A DNA stretch of 64,000 bases. Origin: Rhizomicrobium sp. (lineage in GTDB: Bacteria > Pseudomonadota > Alphaproteobacteria > Micropepsales > Micropepsaceae). Numbering within the stretch: position 1 is the stretch's first letter; every line of letters starts with the position of its first letter. The notes beneath the pieces were generated by a model. The model ran no database searches. It was not told where the DNA came from and was given only the letters and a program-made list of their open reading frames with translations. The stretch spans positions 6,540-70,539 of the forward strand of contig DATGGN010000009.1 in the NCBI GenBank assembly GCA_035308485.1, given 5' to 3'. Position numbers and translations under genes: made by a program. This document shows positions 58,784 to 64,000 of the stretch, piece after piece.

Positions 58784-59134
58784 ATGTCGCCCCGTCATTC
58801 CATGCGCAGTCTGTTGAGCGCGTTTGCAGTCTCGACGCTGTTGGCCACGCTGCCGGCGTCCGGCGTCGTCGCTGCGGACGCGCCGCAGACGAATTCGGTC
58901 GTCATGAAGAATTTCGATTTCTCGCCAATGTCGCTTACCATCAAGGCCGGCAGCTCCGTCACCTGGAAAAACCTTGACGGTGAGCCGCACACGGTCACCA
59001 GCGTCGACGGTCTGTTTCGCTCCGGAGCGTTGGACCAGAACGACAGCTACACGTTCAAATTCGACAAGCCCGGCACGTACAAATATCTCTGCTCGATCCA
59101 TCCGCGGATGATGGCAGCGATCATCGTCAAGTAA
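58784..59134 (+). CDS. Cupredoxin (amicyanin/plastocyanin-like)
   Basis: PHTV..YLCSIHPRMM; signal peptide. Confidence 0.92.
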   Translation: MSPRHSMRSLLSAFAVSTLLATLPASGVVAADAPQTNSVVMKNFDFSPMSLTIKAGSSVTWKNLDGEPHTVTSVDGLFRSGALDQNDSYTFKFDKPGTYKYLCSIHPRMMAAIIVK

Positions 59135-59509
59135 CCGAGCCGGAACGCTGCAATTTCGCGAGGTTTTCGCCGAACACCATGGGCGACTCGTTGCACCCCG
59201 CCCCTTCCCAACGCAACGGGCGCTCCAAAAGTGGACGGGACGCCACCCCTCGGCGTCCCGTCCACGTCTTACACGCGGACTGCGCACGCTGAAACGAAAA
59301 AGGTTGGTGCCCGTTTGGGGGATGACGTTGCGAGGCAGGCAATTTATCAACTTTGTTGCCTGCGCCACGGTTCTCTTCCCCTCAATCCATGCCTCTCCGC
59401 GCGAATTCCTCCCAGGCGCGAAAGCCTCATGTCGTGTCCGGGAATAAATCTCACCATGGTCGGGTCTCCTTATTGACGATGTTGCACACAATCGAACGGA
59501 GACGTTCTC

Positions 59510-60103
59510 ATGTTTTCCTCCTCACGTACGGTTCAGACCGCTGTGGCCGAATTGTCCAACGCCTCGCCACCTGGGACCAAGACGAAAATCCTGACGGCGC
59601 TGATGCTCGCGAGCAGCATCAATGCGGCGATGGCGTCTTCTGATGCCGCTCACAATCGGTCTGCAGACCAGATCGCGTACGCCCGCGACCTTTGCACCGG
59701 AGTCGTTGGCATCTATCCCGGCGAGGAACACTTCAAGGGATGTGTTTCAAGTCTCACGGACTCTATTCAGAGCGCCAGCCAGGAGCACGCCATTGTTCAG
59801 GCGCGAAGCAAGTGTTTCGCACAAGGGTACAATCCCGGTAGTTCCGACCTGGCTCTCTGTCTCCTGCAGGCGGCCAATGCACACCCGGTCGCGGGCGCGT
59901 GGACGCCTCCGGATGATCTCAATGGAATCGACAACCGAGATGATCGGGCAATGTTCAACTTCACGTCCTCGCTTGGCACCATATCCGACAGGGAACAGCA
60001 GGCATGCGCTCGACTCGGTTTCGATCCGGCTTTTGGCGACTTTGCGAGCTGCGTCGCCGATTTGCAGAGTGTAGTACAGAATACCGATATGCCGTCGAAC
60101 TGA
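59510..60103 (+). CDS. Secreted hypothetical protein with three C..G..P....C repeats
   Basis: Three Cys pairs; ECF motif upstream. Confidence 0.7.
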   Translation: MFSSSRTVQTAVAELSNASPPGTKTKILTALMLASSINAAMASSDAAHNRSADQIAYARDLCTGVVGIYPGEEHFKGCVSSLTDSIQSASQEHAIVQARSKCFAQGYNPGSSDLALCLLQAANAHPVAGAWTPPDDLNGIDNRDDRAMFNFTSSLGTISDREQQACARLGFDPAFGDFASCVADLQSVVQNTDMPSN

Positions 60104-60186
60104 TTTCCAAGCCGCAGGTCTGGAGAGACCCCCAGGCTGGATGTCGCGACGTTCACGGCTGGACAATCAATCAATCAGGCAAATTC

Positions 60187-60312
60187 ATGGGCGCGCTCAA
60201 CATCTGGCATGTCCTGATTTTCGCCGCGATCGTTCTCCTGTTGTTTGCGGGTCAAAACAAGATTTCCGATTCGATGGGCCTTCAGCGCGGACTTGGCACA
60301 GTTGGAAAATAA
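60187..60312 (+). pseudogene. Truncated second tatA copy
   Basis: MGALNIWHVLIFAAIVLLLFAGQNKISD then diverges; upstream DNA similar to 56335-56362. Confidence 0.7.
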
Positions 60313-60651
60313 ATCCTGTGTGTAGCAACACATTGGAGTTTCAGAGGCGCAAGGCGTTGGACAAATCCCGTAGCGAGGCCCACCACGCGCAACTGATTCG
60401 AGCTCTCGGCGAAAGGGATCCAGCGTTTTGACTTGATCCGTCGATCGCACGCCGAGCTCGGCTTCGCAAATCAGACGACGACGCATGGAATAAATCGTTC
60501 TCATGGACTGTCTATTTGGGGACGGCGCGGACGCGCCAATAGTCTGAGGCGGCGCCATCACGAGCGCGTCCACAACTTTGCTGCAAACGGACGATCCGCA
60601 AAATCGTCGCCGCTGCAGGAAGTTCCTATCCAGAATGGTTCGAGGGCAACT

Positions 60652-61704
60652 TTGATTTCCCGTGCAAAGCTCGTTTCTCTCGCAACGGCAACGCCGGCCC
60701 ATGTGCTGCTGCAGGAGGACGTGGCCGGGACTTCCCGGAAGCTGTTTGGCGAGCGATACGGCGCCTTCGACCGCATGGCTTCTGTCTTCGAAACCGCGGG
60801 AATCCGCCGACGCTACTCCGTTCGTCCGCTGGAATGGTTTGCCGCGGAGCGCGGCTGGAAGGAGCGGATGGCGGCCTATCTCGAGGGTGCGCAGGCGCTC
60901 CTGGTCGACGCGGCGTCCAGAGCGCTGGATGCGGCACATCTGAGAGCCTGCGACGTCGACGCCATTGTCACGGTCTCGTCCACCGGTATCGCGACGCCCA
61001 GTCTCGAGGCGCGAGCCTCAAAGGCGATGGGGTTTCGCGAGGACGTTCAACGGATCCCGCTCTTCGGATTGGGCTGCGCCGGCGGCGTGTCGGGTCTGTC
61101 CATCGCATCCCGCCTCGCGAAGGCGCAACCCGGCGCCGTGGTTCTACTCGTCGTCGTCGAACTTTGTACGCTTGCGTTCCGCCTCGACCGGCTGTCCAAG
61201 GCCAACATGATTGCGACGGCACTGTTCGGGGACGGAGCCGCCGCCTGCGTTCTGCGAGCGGGAGACGGCGGCATTGCGGAGGTCGAAGCATGCGGGGAGC
61301 ACACCTGGCCCGATACGCTCGATATCATGGGGTGGGACATCGATTCGCAGGGCTTCGAAGTGATCTTCGCGCAGGCGATACCCGCTTTCGCGGAGGAGAA
61401 TATTCAACCGGCGATCGCAAGAATTCTACGTCGCTCCGACATACGCCTGATTGAAGTGGATCGCCTCATCTGCCATCCCGGCGGCATGAAGGTGATTGTC
61501 GCCCTGGAGAAGGCTTTCGGGCTTGTGCCGGGCACGCTCGACTACGAGCGTGCCGTACTGCAGGAGTTTGGAAACATGTCGGCGGCCACCGTACTCTTCG
61601 TCCTCGATAAGGCGCGTCGCGCAGGGCTGCCGCATCGGTCCGTGCTCACGGCGATGGGACCCGGTTTCACGGCGAGCTGCGTCTCGCTGACGAGAGCCGC
61701 TTGA
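60652..61704 (+). CDS. Type III polyketide synthase
   Basis: GLGCAGG, LFGDGAAA, HPGG and GNMS (Cys-His-Asn triad); TTG start after GAGGG. Confidence 0.93.
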   Translation: MISRAKLVSLATATPAHVLLQEDVAGTSRKLFGERYGAFDRMASVFETAGIRRRYSVRPLEWFAAERGWKERMAAYLEGAQALLVDAASRALDAAHLRACDVDAIVTVSSTGIATPSLEARASKAMGFREDVQRIPLFGLGCAGGVSGLSIASRLAKAQPGAVVLLVVVELCTLAFRLDRLSKANMIATALFGDGAAACVLRAGDGGIAEVEACGEHTWPDTLDIMGWDIDSQGFEVIFAQAIPAFAEENIQPAIARILRRSDIRLIEVDRLICHPGGMKVIVALEKAFGLVPGTLDYERAVLQEFGNMSAATVLFVLDKARRAGLPHRSVLTAMGPGFTASCVSLTRAA

Positions 61705-62204
61705 TCGGCGCCGTTTGCCTGCTGGGATTCGTCACGGCCGAACGCGTGACGGAATTGTTCCTTGCAAACCGCAACACATACCGGCTGCTGAGGCGCGGCG
61801 CCATCGAGGTGGCATCTTCGCACTATCCGCTTATCGTTGCGATGCATGCCATGTGGCTCGGTGGATTGTGGCTGCTCGTATGGAACCGCCCGATCGAACC
61901 AGGCTGGCTCGTGCCGTTTCTGGCGGCACAGATTGTGCGCTTCTGGGTGCTCGCGACGCTCGGCGAGCGCTGGACAACACGCATTGTGGTTTTGCCGGGC
62001 GCACCGTTGGTGAAAGCGGGCCCGTATCGATTCCTCGATCATCCGAACTATGTCGTGGTCGTTGCAGAAATCGGGCTTCTTCCCCTCGTATTCGGTCTGT
62101 TCTGGTTCGCCCTATTGTTTTCGATCCTGAACGCACTCGTGCTTACCATCCGTGTGACGGCCGAAAATGCCGCGCTTCGAAGAGCCTCCAATCTCCCGGG
62201 CTGA
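61701..62204 (+). CDS. ICMT-family methyltransferase (BpsB/SrsB-like)
   Basis: LGERWTTRI, GPYRF..HPNY; coupled to PKS. Confidence 0.9.
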   Translation: MIGAVCLLGFVTAERVTELFLANRNTYRLLRRGAIEVASSHYPLIVAMHAMWLGGLWLLVWNRPIEPGWLVPFLAAQIVRFWVLATLGERWTTRIVVLPGAPLVKAGPYRFLDHPNYVVVVAEIGLLPLVFGLFWFALLFSILNALVLTIRVTAENAALRRASNLPG

Positions 62205-63759
62205 CAGCGACAGGCTCCCGGCGGCCGCGTGGGCCGGCTTCGCCATGATGTGCATCGGCATGTTCATGGCGATACTGGATGTACAGGTCGTGGCCACGTC
62301 ATTGCCGACGATCCAGGATGCGCTGGAAATACCGCGCGCGCAGATGAGCTGGATACAGACCGCCTATCTTATCGCCGAAGTCATTGCGATCCCGCTGACC
62401 GGATTTTTGACCCGCGTTCTGACGATGCGGTGGTTGTTTGTCGTGACGATCTCCGCTTTTACAATCGCATCGATCGGTTGCGCGTCAAGCGCGAGTTTTT
62501 CCACGCTGACGGCTTGGCGGGTGCTTCAGGGTTTCTCTGGCGGTACGTTGATCCCGGCCGTTTTCTCGGCTGTGTTCCTGTTGTTTCCCCATCGTCTGCA
62601 GGGCATCGCGACGACGATTGCCGGCGTGCTCGCCGTTTTTGCGCCGACGGTCGGACCGGTCGTCGGCGGGTGGATCACGCAAACCTGGTCGTGGCACTGG
62701 CTGTTCCTGATCAATGTCGTGCCCGGAATCCTGTCGGCAGCGGCGGCCGTCCGTTTCCTGCCGGAGGAAACGCCTGTGCCCGGCGAGTTGCGGACGCTGG
62801 ACATCGTGTCGATGGCCTGCATGGCGCTCGCCCTCGCAACGCTGGAAATTGCCCTGAAGGAGGCGCCGCAGCGCGGCTGGCTGTCGCCGCTTGTGTGCGG
62901 CCTTCTGGTGGTGTCGGCGAGCAGCGGCATTGCGTTTTTTCGGCGATCGTTGGGCCGGTGCAAGCCCTTTGTGGAGCTCCACACGCTCAAGGATCCCGCA
63001 TTTGCCGTCGGCTGCGCGCTCAGTTTCCTGTTCGGCATCGGCCTCTTCGGTTCCGTGTACATGATGCCGGTCTTTCTCGCCTTCGTGCGCGGCCATGGCG
63101 CGCTGGAGATAGGCACCACGATGCTGGTCACCGGCATCGCCCAGCTGGCAACAGCACCCGTCGCCGTCGCGCTCGAACGAAGGATGGATGCGCGACTGCT
63201 CACCGCTGCTGGTTTCGTGGTTTTCGCGCTCGGCATGGAAATGAGCGCATTTGAGACACCCAAAACGGACTTCGCGGACATGTTCTGGCCGCAGATTGTA
63301 CGGGGGGTGGCGATTATGTTCTGTCTCCTGCCGCCGACGCGACTTGCTCTCGGGCACCTCAAGCCTGATGCCGTGCCCGACGCGAGCGGACTCTTCAACC
63401 TGATGCGGAACCTCGGCGGCGCGATCGGCATTGCGCTGATCGACAGCGTGATCTACGGCCGCGCACCCCTTCACGCGCAGGCAATCGTGCACAGGCTTCT
63501 GGCGCGGGACATCGAGACGGCAAGATTCGTCGGCATTCCTCTACAGTTATTCCTGAATCGCGCGTCGGGTCCGCTCGACCCGGACACACAAGGCATACTG
63601 GAGACGATGGTCAATCGCGCCGCCTTTGTTCGCGCCATGAACGACGCGTGGACATTGGTGGCGGCACTGACGCTGGTCGCCCTCTTCTGTCTGCCCTTCG
63701 CGAGCGTTCGTCCGCGGCATTCGCGTATCGGCTTCTACAGCGGCGCGCCCGACGCTTGA
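62167..63759 (+). CDS. DHA2-family MFS efflux permease
   Basis: MAILD.QVV, W.QTAYL, GP.VGGWIT, WLFLINV; start uncertain. Confidence 0.9.
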   Translation: MPRFEEPPISRADSDRLPAAAWAGFAMMCIGMFMAILDVQVVATSLPTIQDALEIPRAQMSWIQTAYLIAEVIAIPLTGFLTRVLTMRWLFVVTISAFTIASIGCASSASFSTLTAWRVLQGFSGGTLIPAVFSAVFLLFPHRLQGIATTIAGVLAVFAPTVGPVVGGWITQTWSWHWLFLINVVPGILSAAAAVRFLPEETPVPGELRTLDIVSMACMALALATLEIALKEAPQRGWLSPLVCGLLVVSASSGIAFFRRSLGRCKPFVELHTLKDPAFAVGCALSFLFGIGLFGSVYMMPVFLAFVRGHGALEIGTTMLVTGIAQLATAPVAVALERRMDARLLTAAGFVVFALGMEMSAFETPKTDFADMFWPQIVRGVAIMFCLLPPTRLALGHLKPDAVPDASGLFNLMRNLGGAIGIALIDSVIYGRAPLHAQAIVHRLLARDIETARFVGIPLQLFLNRASGPLDPDTQGILETMVNRAAFVRAMNDAWTLVAALTLVALFCLPFASVRPRHSRIGFYSGAPDA

Positions 63760-64000
63760 GCCAGACAATCGAACCGGGCATTGTTTGACGGCGAACCACG
63801 GGTGTCAGCGGGACTACGCTCTGACTTCGCGAAGCGACTCGCCACTCCGAGGTACGGCGGTCGCCTGCGATAGCACAACGAGCCAAATTTCCGCGCACAG
63901 CTCACCGGCGCATTCGGCGGCCGAGTAGCTGGCGGCAGGCAGCCTGTTCCCGAAGGAATTCCGGCGTCATCAGGGCCTTGAGAATTCGAGACTCGGACCA

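Noticed and set aside
60433-60651. N-terminal extension of the type III PKS
   Set aside because: Contains the ECF promoter motif; SD and TTG at 60652 fit the usual length
63760-64000. Feature at window end
   Set aside because: No supportable ORF, RNA or repeat visible

Overview
GC-rich alphaproteobacterial chromosome segment (CtrA/GcrA-type cell-cycle signals) in three parts. (1) 1-29,700 is the right half of a siphovirus-like prophage. It has an HK97-type head module with an embedded glycosyltransferase, two paralogous tail-tube genes, two tail-chaperone genes, a tape measure, a GTA-like DUF2460/DUF2163/NlpC-P60/tail-tip module, a run of Cys-rich spike/lectin/esterase genes carrying Sec-type signal peptides, a pesticin-type lysin region, an Acb2/Tad1-like gene and a small acr-aca-like operon. 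It ends at the 3' end of an elongator tRNA-Met. (2) 29,800-47,800 is mostly core genes: a PhcB-like PilZ-methyltransferase with a CtrA box, hslO, argF, argD, gcrA, phoB-phoU-phoR, an acyl-CoA ligase, a serine hydrolase, DUF1800/DUF1501 and a sulfotransferase. A complete IS1595-family element (23-bp TIRs, 8-bp TSD) carrying passenger genes interrupts it just upstream of gcrA. (3) 47,800-64,000 is a partly decayed island around an ECF sigma/anti-sigma pair, in which 12 copies of a GAAT-N18-GTC(T/A) promoter motif precede most transcription units, including a type III PKS operon. All family calls are by eye from motifs and synteny; no searches were run.
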